Part shown: in pieces, positions 1 to 11,174 of the stretch
Numbering within the stretch: position 1 is the first letter of the stretch
Layout: each line of letters starts with the position of its first letter
Source of the DNA: Sphaeroforma arctica JP610
Taxonomy: Eukaryota
Direction: 5' to 3'
Length of the DNA stretch: 20,000 nucleotides
Assembly: GCF_001186125.1 (NCBI RefSeq)
Contig: NW_014040542.1
Location: 100,776 to 120,775, forward strand
The notes under the pieces: generated by a model
What the model was told of the DNA's origin: nothing
Seen by the model: the letters and a program-made list of their open reading frames with translations, nothing else
The model's database searches: none
Position numbers and translations under genes: made by a program

Positions 1-23
1 GCGGCGACATCTAAAGATAACGG

Positions 24-131
24 AACGACAACTTTGGAGAGCAAATATAGGACGATAATGAAACGAAGAACGTTAATGAAACGAAGAACGTTAATGAAAC
101 GACAATTCTGGAGAGGAGGTATAGAACGATA
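24..131. repeat. Short compound repeat: 18-bp tandem (TAATGAAACGAAGAACGT x~2.6, 56-102) nested between two imperfect 34-bp direct repeats (24-57 and 98-131)
   Basis: Seen directly: AACGACAACTTTGGAGAGCAAATATAGGACGATA versus AACGACAATTCTGGAGAGGAGGTATAGAACGATA, plus the 18-mer tandem. Confidence 0.75.
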
Positions 132-532
132 GAGAGATAATACTGGAGTGAAGTCGTTGAACGATCACGAAACGACTCATCGTAAATACTAAAGTTCTAA
201 AAGTACAAATACATGTACGTTCATATTTTTCGCGTCTAGTTATGAACGTCAAGAATAAATAGACACGACAGGAAGCAGCTCCGTATACGTTACGAGTGAT
301 CACGGCTGATATTACATTCAGATGAGATGAGCAGCAAGCGTACATACGCATGCAAGGGATGCATTAGGTTAGATACTGTTGCTGAATGCTTAAAAATAAA
401 AGAAGAAATGAATTATAAGCGCCCAAGATACGCACACAGCACAAAACGTATTTATGCGTAGTTCGATTTCAAATTTGTTCGTGTTCTTAAAATTGACCTT
501 ATAGTTTTAATGATCGAAGCCGTGAACTGGAC

Positions 533-1780
533 CTACCGTAACCCACAAATCGCGCATATGCTATCATCTTTGCCGCAAAAAGGCACGAGCAATCCCGGAC
601 ATGTCGATTTCGAGCACGCATAGCGGTTTAAGAAGTTTCGCATCACGTGAGTGCGCGCTTTTCCTGCGCAAGCAGCGCATGTACATTTGAACATATATGA
701 CTCCAAGGCCTTTTGCCTTTCCTCCGTAGTTTGTTTGCAGGAAACATAAGATATAGTCAATTCTTCACCTGCTTGAATTGTATGCAATGCTACATATGAC
801 AGATCGGCAGAAGAACTCGTTCCTTGGCAGTTGATTTTGCAAAAATCTATATCCGATACTTCAACGGGGTTATGTAATGAATCTGACCTCATTTTCATGC
901 GCGCTGCAGATCGAATAGCGACGAGTGTGGGAGTGCATGAATGATTAAAATAGCTGGCCTCGGGAATAAGGGCCATACCAATGCATGTACACACACCTCG
1001 CCAGCCAATATCTGGGCCACCCCAGACACCGTGCACATTGCATTCTTGTTTGCACAGGAGGCTAACAACACGACGAATACTCCATTCACCCGAGAGCGAA
1101 GGTGCACACTTCAGTAGTACTTTCGCCGCTGTTGTGAGCTGATTGATCTGCTGCGTAGAGAATGCCATGCGGTTGTCCTCGAGCGCTTCCACTGATTCCA
1201 TTCCCTTTTGCCCACTCACAATACCCTCTATCAAACATTTCCCATTTTTTCTATCGACGCTTTCCCTATCATTGACAGCACCAGCTGTCCCGATATCTAT
1301 CATCACATTATTCTCTATTTGGGAACACGTAGATGGCCCCATCAATGGAGTTGGCCCTGTCGAAGCAATCATGTTCTCGTCAGATAATCGTCTTCGACTA
1401 TCTATATGAACAGCAGAGAATTTCAGCGCAGTAACACCCAGCATAGCCCGGAGTGCTAAGTGCATCATTTGCCGCGAGCCCTTATCCTTCACTACAGAGC
1501 TACAACACAATTTCTTTAGAGCGGCACACTCAAGTGCATGTCGCGTGCTACCTTTTTCGGCACACGCATCGGAACAGAATACAGCCTGATGACATTTCTT
1601 GCATTTAAGTGTGCAGTTGTTATCCGAGACGTATTGCCAGCACTCCATGCAAGTGGAGGTCGTGCTCGAAGGTACACTGACGTACGGTTTTGCATCCAAG
1701 ACTACCTCACCCCGTAGTATTGTGCGGTTTGCAAAGATCGCACGACCTCTGCCTCGTCCCATGTCCCGAACAAACATCAT
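533..1780 (-). CDS. SMYD-family SET and MYND domain protein-lysine methyltransferase, 415 aa, single coding exon
   Basis: SET-N motif GRGRAIFA..I..GEVV. MYND finger CxxC..CxxC..FCSxxC..H..EC. SET motifs ASYFNHSCTP and GEELTISY. Post-SET FKCTCAAC, plus an extra C-terminal CxxxxC..CxxC. An in-frame TGA lies immediately upstream of the ATG, fixing the start. Subfamily not resolved. Confidence 0.92.
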   Translation of the reverse strand: MMFVRDMGRGRGRAIFANRTILRGEVVLDAKPYVSVPSSTTSTCMECWQYVSDNNCTLKCKKCHQAVFCSDACAEKGSTRHALECAALKKLCCSSVVKDKGSRQMMHLALRAMLGVTALKFSAVHIDSRRRLSDENMIASTGPTPLMGPSTCSQIENNVMIDIGTAGAVNDRESVDRKNGKCLIEGIVSGQKGMESVEALEDNRMAFSTQQINQLTTAAKVLLKCAPSLSGEWSIRRVVSLLCKQECNVHGVWGGPDIGWRGVCTCIGMALIPEASYFNHSCTPTLVAIRSAARMKMRSDSLHNPVEVSDIDFCKINCQGTSSSADLSYVALHTIQAGEELTISYVSCKQTTEERQKALESYMFKCTCAACAGKARTHVMRNFLNRYACSKSTCPGLLVPFCGKDDSICAICGLR

Positions 1781-2674
1781 TCAGAATGCCTGACTTGTTC
1801 TGTATATGCTAGGGTGTGAAGAGACATTCTCATGGAACTCGGGCGAGGGCGATCACGTATAATATTTCCGCTCATTAACAGATGCGGAAGATGGAGCGGA
1901 CAGTAACGCGTAAAGAGACATTGGTGTTTTTGGGGTGCAGCCAAGATGTACTACGTCTATTTCAAGGTTGCAAGCACGTGCACTATTATTATCGGAAGCC
2001 AAGGGATATTCGATCACTGTGTAGTCTGTTATTTGCGTTGTATAGTAAAACGCCCAAATACAGTAGGCTCATCAGTGATAAACGATTTACGATAGCATGG
2101 AGGTACCAATCGCGAGGATGACTACTTAACAGATAGGCTTCTTGGGTTTATGACCAAATTGGGAGTCACGGCGTCTTTTGGCTTTCAATGATGCATAATA
2201 AATCACGTAAATCACATAAATATATTGAAATATGTTATTATATAGATATTGATATAAATTTACGCGAGATTTTCCAGTCAGATCACATTTAATCTAGTGT
2301 TTGCATGGAATGCGCTTGAGATACATGTGTTAAGAATGCGCACAGTATCACGGCATCTCTACTTGCAGGCAATTGTGTAGAATAATGAAATACAATGCAT
2401 GTTCATAATTTGCTCTCAGGGTGAAGACAATTAGCTCGAGTAAATATTGTACAGCGGATATATGACAGGTTGTACGACAGCTCTTCGGCGTCAGGGTTGT
2501 TATAGAGATAAGTATTCTTATAGTTGTAGAGTCGACATCCTTTTTTCCACTTTGAAATCATCGATCGTATTGAAGCTCGCCGAAACGGAATAGCTTGTGG
2601 ATTATAATTTGGATAGGAACCGGCGAGACTATAGTAACAACTCTGGGGTCGAAGAGAAACACAATACATAAAGG
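1781..2674. promoter_or_regulatory. Divergent (head-to-head) intergenic region between the SMYD and ADAM start codons; probable shared promoter and 5' UTRs
   Basis: Gene orientation: 894 bp between opposing ATGs, with an AT-rich core around 2195-2262. Transcription starts are not determined. Confidence 0.45.
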
Positions 2675-5600
2675 ATGCGAGCACTAAAACTCGCCTTGTT
2701 ACCATCTGCGATAGCTATATGCGCTAGTGGTTTTACACCCCGTGAAGGTACGCGCTATCATAAACATTACTCCTCTGTAAAATTAAACTGGTTGGCTGTG
2801 TATTTATTTTTCTAGATGTCAAGTATACCCATACGTTGGCACATTTCTTGCACGATTATAAATGTGGGTAGTCGCGACAGTCAGGAGAATCACAATAGGA
2901 CGGAATGACTGATGGAGAAATCTATCTCTCAGAGAACCAGGAGCATCTGTAACTCAAGTATCGCTACGTTTGATTGTCTTTCGCCAGTAGAATCTTATAC
3001 TCATCGTATATATGTGTTTCATGTTCTCTCATACGTATGCTGTTCCCGCTATTGATTTTACAGACTCTCTTACTGAAAATGTAAAGCACTACGAGTTAGT
3101 GACTGCCGAACAAGTGCATAGTACTGTACGTAGGGCAACTGAATTTTCGGGTGACGGCACACTTTCGGCTATTGATAACCACGTCATTGAATACAAAACC
3201 ACTGTGTTTGGCCGGCTCTTTCATATGGAACTAGTACGTGCGACACCCGCTTCCGATCGCACCCGCGGATCTGGTACGTAGCGTGTGTATGTTAGAAGTG
3301 ATCGATTTTCTAAGCCCTCTGCGATGCAAGTGATCACAGAACAACCTTTAATATAATAAAGATTATAAAAGAAGCAGCTAATTCGTTGATATCTTTAAAT
3401 ATACTAGACGCCCTCGTTGGAGATGGACTATACCAAGGGCGGGTGCTCTCAAGCAATGTGGCCGAACAAACAGTAGGTATTGTGCGTGGGTATATGCAGG
3501 ATGATCACTTCCGGGGCAGTGTCAGTACAGAAGATGAAGTGTTCTTCTTCGAACCGGCGCGGAGATATGCACAGCATGCGCATAGGCGAGCAGGGGATCG
3601 CGTCGTGTATCGGTGAGTTGTGCAGTGTTGTGTTTACGGCTGCTCGAAGGAGTATATCAGAAGAAAAATGTCATGAGCTCTGCTGGATTGTGTTCAATTT
3701 AGAAGGCTATGTTTTTATGTACTTTGTGTGTCGCACCATTCTAGGTTGGATGTATTGTTAATGGTAGGGTGTCTTAAAGTCAGATAGGAATGTTGCTGAA
3801 ATGTACGTAACCTGAATATCCATCACGCATAATGCAAAATGTGTTGGTGCTCAATTGCAATAGGATTTTAGGTACTTATCATCACACTTACGATTACCAA
3901 ATCTTGAGATATGTACACCACATCATCGTCTCTTTCCAAACTGCTAAGTTAACGGACCTGTATTGGTGTATAGCCAGAAGTTAGATTGTTTCTTTAAGCA
4001 GTCGTGAGGTAATGTGTCTTTCTCGGTGCCCGAGTCGAACCTGTTTATAAATTTCAACTGGCATAATAACTTGGCGGATATGACAGCACAGTATTGTAAC
4101 AAAGTTTTTTTGCCTCCCATTCCTGTGTAGTGCTTCGGATGTCTCGTACAAGCACACTGATGGGAACACCTATGCGGGAGCTGCTATGTTTAAATCGCTC
4201 GCCGCTAAAAAGGTGAAGTGCGGTACTATATATCAACTTTAATATGTTATAGGTGCAGCCGAATGGCTACAGATGTATGCACAAGTATTCTTATCTCAAT
4301 AATGTATGAGTGACTGATGTATACATTTGGTGTCATAGGTAACCGGATGTTGCAGCGAATTACAATCAATGTACAAAAGCGGGGCATCAATTAATAGCGC
4401 TTAATACACTGAAATTCGCGAATGAATTACGAACATGCAACTCGCAAACCGTAGAGGTCCTATTGCAAAGACGCCAATCACTTGCCTCAAGTACAGGCGA
4501 AAAACTGTCTAGTTTTAAAGTTCTATCGTAAATAACGGACAAGAGTTTCTATGTGTGCAGACTTGACGGAGACTCTATTTTATTCGGACATGTTGCTTCA
4601 TGCATAATCCAGTTGGGTCATAATTTGGCATATGTGTCGCTAGATGGTGCCAGCATATGCATGCGTCCCATATGGTCAACATCTGGTCGTACTATTTTTC
4701 GTTTGAGGTGGAGACAAGGGCTAGCTTCTCCACTATCGGATCGTATAGTTGGAATACACTTGTTGCACAGATAGCGATCCAATCCACGATATTAAAAGGC
4801 GGACAATTTTGTGTTGTATTTATGCGGTTTTCTTTTTTGTAGAGAAACTCACTTGAGCACCGGCCTCGATATCGGAGAGATGAATTAGAGGAGTCACCAT
4901 CGAGGGAAACAGACGGTCGCGTTTTCAATGTAACCGTCACTTTAACCGACTCCGACAACACGTGTTTGGTCAAGGCGGTAAGCGATCATACCTACACACA
5001 GAGCCACATGACTGCTGGGTCAGCAGCCAAACACATGGAATGGGTATGTATGAACTTGGTCGTATTGTTTGTATGACAGATTATGCAATCAGCTTATTCT
5101 CCAAAAAGAGTTATGAAGTTTGTCACCAGGGAAAATTGATTCTCAACAAACTCCTTAACCGTCGCTTACCACTTCTGGAACTCGCTGTAACGCAATCTTT
5201 CCGAGCGATACGTCGTCATTACTTTGGATCGCATCCTTTTTACTGCGAATATCAAACTTGCAAACACTCGCTCTGTATATCAACTGACAATCAGGTTATC
5301 GGCGAAGTGGATCAGATCTTCTCCAGCGGGACTTTCTATGCGGGAGCAAATCCGTGGCACATCCGTGTAGCTCTGGCTCCCTTTGATCCCATTGATACAT
5401 ACCTCTCGCCCACTGACTATCCCGAGAACATCAAAGGCTGTAAGTGGCATCTGCTGTGTGTGAAAGTTATGTTCGAGATTGTATATTACGTGTTGGGAAT
5501 GGAATGTATTTACTCGCAGCACCCACAGTCGATGGGGGAGCACACGTTATTTAATGGCTTACTATGAATCATGACCCAGTGAGATTAGTATGTTAAATAC

Positions 5601-8600
5601 CACAATATGCACCACAAGTTGTACAAACCTTCTGTGCTTGGCTTGATATCCAGTGGCGAACGAAACCCTAGATCCGGAAGGCGTCCTTCTGGAATTTGCC
5701 AAGGGCACCTGGAACGGATACTGCCTGGCGCATCTCTTTACACATAGAGAACACTACGGCACGCTGGGCCTAGCGTATGTGGCTAGTACGGACGTAGACA
5801 AGCCTGGGGGTATATGCGCGGTGAGTGCAGTTCTATTGCTGAGGATTCGTTCATGTATGTGGGGCAGTAGATAACCGTGGATATGTGGCGGGCTTGTTGA
5901 CCAGGTTGGTGCGGCTATCTATTGCACTTCTGATAGTTGCGCACCCATAGCTTCCATGAATAGAAAATCGGAATCCGCAAACACGTTTAAGGGGCACTTG
6001 GTACTACTGTATGCAACGACTGACTACCAAAATTGAAATGAGCCTGGGATTTCGATGTATTGTGCACTTGGCAGATCGAAGTTGTTCGTACGTCGACATC
6101 ATTTACTTGGACTTTCCCACTGTCCGTCAGTACCGTATGTATCCGTATCCGCACGTAGAATACCCCAGCCATCTTTCATCCGTGAGTTTGTCTATCTCAT
6201 TCACCCAATACCAGGGCCGTGTCTCCACCTCCGAGGGGTATCTCAATCTGAATACTGGAATGCACAGCGATATCATGTTCGGCCAGACAATTCCTGATGC
6301 CGTGGAAGTCATTGCTACGGCTCACGAGATAGGTATGGCTTTTCTATATGGCTGGGTGGTGGGTTTACATTGTAAGCTGGGGATATCCCAATTGGTTTGC
6401 ATGATATAATAGACATGAACTGTTTGCACGGGTGGTTAGTTGTATGTTGTACTCGAACTGACCGAGATGAAGACGCTACTTGCACGAATGAGATTCCTGT
6501 TGAACAATATCCACGGATGTACAGATTTTTTAACTGACGGCTTCTTATATGCATCTACTTCCAGGTCACGGATTTGGCGCATTGCACGATTCATTGGATT
6601 GGCCGTGTTATGGAGTACCTGGTGGTCCGTATCTCATGTATGCATCGACATCCACTAAAGTCCAGGCAAACAACGATCAGTTCTCTGTGTGCTCCGTGGC
6701 CAGGTTAGTTTGCTGCGTGCGCAGCTCAGAGGAGTTACATAAATACAATTACAGCGTGTTTGTCGGGTTATCTCTGGATTGATGTAGAAGATGCTCATTC
6801 AGGGCTTGTTGTAGTTTAACCTGGGATCTCTGGCTATAAGTTATATCAAGTATGTATGCATACACTTGAAGCATGTACAGATTATTGTCCGTCATAGCAT
6901 CTGTGTTCGCGATAGCTGCTGCTTTGCACTTCGTTTGTAAAGGGACAGTTCACTTAGACGCACCCCGCACGTGTCAGATTACTCACAATATCCGGAGAAT
7001 GGTCACACAGATGCATGTTGATACAGTTCCTCGGTTCGCACTGAACTCTAGTTGCACTTATTTGCAGGTCGGTTCTTTATGCGTGTCACTGGTACACATA
7101 GTATAAACTTATCTTAGCCTCACTTCGAATGCCTATTTAATAGTGTTAACGATATGAGGACACTTTAACGTCTGAAAGTTCTCAATTATAAAGTTGTGAG
7201 TCTCCCCGGCTTGCTGCCAATTTATTGCGGGATTAGGCTCTTGAGGGAGTACAGTACAGCCAATGCTTTTTCCCAGATGCTCTTGACATTCCATATCTTC
7301 TTACTCGTGATTATTGTTCCAAATAAACATCCCCAGCATACGGTCTGTACTGACCGCTAAAGTAGAAAAGCAATGTTTTATGCCGTATCCGGGACAGTAC
7401 TGCGGCAATGGTCTATTGGAGGGCGACGAACAATGCGATGCGTTTGGCGAAGGCAATTGCTGCACCAGCGACTGTAAGCTAAAGGACGGGGCTGTGTGCG
7501 CTATTGCTCCATGCTGTGACTCGGCTACATGCCAATACCAACCGGCAGGCACTGTAAGTAGTACTTGGTCTTCATTTTTTAGTATTCGTTTGCGTTGCTG
7601 GCGTATTGAGTAGCGTCTGCACTGCCAGTCTTGTTGCAGGTATTTAGTACAAATTGGGACGTCATGGATTAGTCTGAAATGGCACAGTCAACGTTCGTGA
7701 TCCGTACGCCGGTATCACGCACGCACTGGGTGCTGTACATACAGTTAGTATAAACTGCAGAGTAAGCTTGTATCGTGAGAAGACGTTAGCTTCAGGGGCT
7801 GGTATGTGCAAGAGCACACGGAAGTGTTATTCAAACAAGATACAATAGTAGATTGCAGGAGCTCTTCACACTAGCTGTGTGTCTTGTGTGTATTTACGTC
7901 TCCTTGGTTACAATCCTCTGTTTTTGGTATCTCATTCTGAGCAGCACAGTGGTGAACGGTGTTCCTCGATTGGATGAATTGTACGTATTGTGTAGAGTGC
8001 TCTTCTATCTGTTTTTGTGCAAAGAGTCAGCAGTGGATGTAGCGATACATGAGACCCCCGTGTCACGCACGAATCGACGCGTGTAACGTGAAGGCAGCGG
8101 ACCATACACAGGCACAGATTTATGTGCAGGCTTCTACGTCATATATACTTGCGAAGAGAGTCCATAGAGACGTAACACTGACCATCTTTTTTATTTTCCT
8201 ACTGTGTCGTAACTCCCTGGCGTTTCTCACGTCTTCTTATCGGCACGAGAGTTGCGCTATAACTGTTTATGTCGATGTGCAAATATTGTACCATATATAT
8301 TTGATTTCACGATAACGATGTGTGTGCACGGTCTACATATGAATCATTCGGTTTTGACTAGAATAACAATCTCGAACCCCGCTCCAGCTCTCTTTGCAAG
8401 CAGAAAACTTCGGACATTTGTAACAATGTCAAGTGGACATTCGACGGTCGCAATGGATACATATAATTGCATTCATTCAGTTTGGTATTCATACAATTAT
8501 ACACCCCATTTATGGTGTGAATCTGCGCAGGTGTGTACGGCTGCGACCGGGTGTTTGAAACGGGCAGTATGCACGGGCGAAGACACCGAGTGTCCGTACC

Positions 8601-11174
8601 AAGAAACGCTACCAGATACCACCACCTGCGGGTCAGGGGAGATGCAGACCGATGCGTGGATGTGCAAAACTGGGGTGTGTGCCAACACCCTCGAGAGCCA
8701 AGCTTCCATCATTCCGGAGGAGACTGATGATACAGTGTGCAGTCTGTTGCTCGATGCGTCGCAGTGCAACTGTCCAGAAGATGTGGGCGGGTGTAAGGTG
8801 AGTTCTGTCCCTGGCCGGGGGGGGAGAGGGCGGGGTGTCTGAGTAGGGTTGGGTTAGAGTGTATGTGTCGATGTCTGCTGTGAGATTGCCTACAACTTTC
8901 TACATAGATCAGTACAGGGATTTGCAGTGATCGTAGTTAGGGTGGTCGGATACAGAGCTATTGCCTTCTACACTTCAACAAGAAGAAACATTCACAGCTT
9001 GTGACGAGCAATCATTACTATCTACTAGTACTGCTTGATGTATATGATTCAACCATCGCAACTGCGAGCCCAACAGATCTATTGCACTAGTCCCTGAACT
9101 CTATCTGGCCATTCTATATCCAGCTCTGCTGTACATTCAGCGGGAACATAGTGAATGCCAACAGCACCAATACCGGGACAAATCAGAATACCACAGGCCC
9201 ATGCATCACAGCGGAGAGTTACTGTGCGCTCAATGCACTGATTGACCCTGGGTGCCTGGTGAACGCAGGAAAAGACGCTCAGCTTACACGCGTGCCAAAC
9301 TTCGGCGGTGGGTATCCGTGTAATGACTACACCGGTTTCTGCGATGGCCACGGGGATTGCAAAGTGGTATATTATTCACGGATTTGTAATTATTGCACGC
9401 ATGAATTTGTGGAAAGTGTAGGTGCGTCTCTGTTCCAGTTGGTGCATATTGTGTCTAATCTCTGGGGCTGTAAGGGGCACCTTGTGTAGGTTGGTCCGAC
9501 AGGTATGTTGTAAAGAATTAGTATTGCCGTAGGGATATGAATAGAAAACATATTCTACACGACACACACATTCCATCTCTTACTATCCTTACATACATTT
9601 TCTCCAGGCCAGTAACCCTGCTACAGCTTCTGTGGTCTTTCCCAACCCCTTGGTGTTCATCGAGTATACCTGGTAAGCTGCAGAGTATTTTATAACCAAG
9701 TCAGTTCAAATTTTAGTCTTGAGTGGGGTTGTGGTGTGGTTTCCGATCCTAGCGTGTGCCTATCAGCGTTGGAGGTCCTTCTGAGATTGTATATAAGTTG
9801 TCTAGATTGCGGCACACGCAAACTCGAATCGACTTTTCTTTCCTGAGGTGTCGTTGCATTCCTTCCCCTCCATCGAATTCTACTCCGGATGAGCAAATCA
9901 AGTACGTGTCAGTAGCCTTTTTTTTTTGCACCTGTTTTCTACGGCAGGTACTACTTTGTATCTGGACTTATAGCTCTGCTGCTGCTAGTACTGTTCTACT
10001 TCATAGTAAACAGGTTTTGTCCTGGTAATAGGCGGCTGCGACGGAAGGTGTGTTTGTACGAATACAAGATACCTGGTGTGGAATTTCTGTTCTCTGCCTT
10101 GGTTGCAAGAAGCCATGGGCAAAGGAGGGGTCATATTGTTTCGAGAGCGGTGATTTCATATGCACACATGTGTGCAGACTATACAACGGGTGAGTTGGTC
10201 ACATCACAGCCGCTCAAGAAGTTAGCGGAATAACAGATTGCATACGCAAAGCTGCATTTTGCACTTGTGAGTGCGGAATAGCTGTTTAGCCAACACATGC
10301 ATACGACGCTACCCCTGGACAGCTCCAGACGGTGGCTGCCAATGATCGATTGCCACTTAAACAAATACTTTAGCGCTCTGACCCTTGCCACAATCATATG
10401 AAAACAGCTTACTCGCGCATACTTGTCAGCCGTCGTACAGCCACTCTCGATGTCTCATATTCACGCTCAAACTTAGCTATCTGCATCATCTGTTTGTTCT
10501 CTTCCACAAGGCCATCGAGCGAACGAGACGAGACGTGCGTACTGACTTAAAGCGTGCTAAGAAGAAAGAAAAGTACCAAGACACGGCCGACGAGCTGCTA
10601 GAGAGCGAGTTGTCCGTGGTAAGGCAGGCGTGTAGGCAGAGTTCGTTGTATCTATCATTTTGGATCAACCCGATACTTCGCCCCATATTGCAGTGAATAG
10701 GCTGTTGGTAGAATGCGACCACGTAGGATCACTCTGAATATTCATATGCGATTTGAGTTTTGCAATTTTACGAATGCATACGATGCCGAAATGACGTCTG
10801 ACCACTCCAGAACTATGCGAACCAGTTCTTGTGCAAAACGTTACATCTTGTTGCCACCGTTTGTCAGCGATGCATCCACATATTATTGCACTCACAGAGT
10901 CTAGTGTTTTACGTTTGCTAGTTTCATATTCGACTTCGTCAACTGTTATATATAGGAAAATATGGATTTCGCTCGAGCCATATCCAGAGACGAGTACTCG
11001 GATATCGACGCATACGAGATGGAGGCGAGGGCTAGTCACGGTTCTCAATACAGTACAAGGAGTGATAGAATGTTCCGGGCGGAAGGCATGAGCACGTCAC
11101 ACGACCTATTCAAGACCCGTACAGCTTCGCACAAGGCGGCTACTCCAAGGATGGGACAGCTGTCTGAGGTCTGA
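2675..11174 (+). CDS. ADAM10/ADAM17-like disintegrin and metalloproteinase (M12B sheddase), ~852 aa, 16 coding exons: 2675-2747, 3064-3273, 3408-3612, 4131-4212, 4843-5043, 5295-5439, 5654-5820, 6215-6332, 6565-6703, 7337-7553, 8531-8797, 9124-9366, 9608-9672, 9948-10047, 10511-10618, 10956-11174
   Basis: Manual splicing with GT..AG introns and consistent phases gives 2559 nt with no internal stop. Signal peptide MRALKLALLPSAIAICASG. Prodomain (VKHYE, FFFEPARRY, VVYRASDV). Furin site RYRR. Catalytic domain NTCLVKAVSDH, CLAHLFTH..GTLGLAYV..GGIC, LNTG, HEIGHGFGALHD, Met-turn YLMY, NNDQFSVCS. Disintegrin CGNGLLEGDEQCD. Cys-rich region CKLCC and GYPCNDYTGFCD. TM helix YYFVSGLIALLLLVLFYFIV followed by basic RRLRRK. 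A few boundaries are less certain (end of exon 12, AAG acceptor at 10510). Confidence 0.9.

Noticed and set aside
91..351. 86-aa minus-strand ORF
   Set aside because: No recognisable domain; it overlaps a repeat-rich stretch and the likely 3' region of the SMYD gene.
1851..2352. Recurrent (A/G)TCACG words in the divergent promoter as transcription-factor sites
   Set aside because: Short motif that also occurs elsewhere in the window; enrichment cannot be shown without a genome background.
4978..4983. GTAAGC as the donor ending ADAM exon 5 at 4977
   Set aside because: Reading through gives VSDHTY..., homologous to the conserved VADHxF strand, so the donor at 5044 (TGG|GTATGT) fits better.
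3012..10696. Many separate short + strand ORFs (e.g. 4962-5567, 6011-6409, 8252-8842) as independent genes
   Set aside because: They are ADAM exons with read-through into introns. Minus-strand ORFs in this span are antisense shadows.
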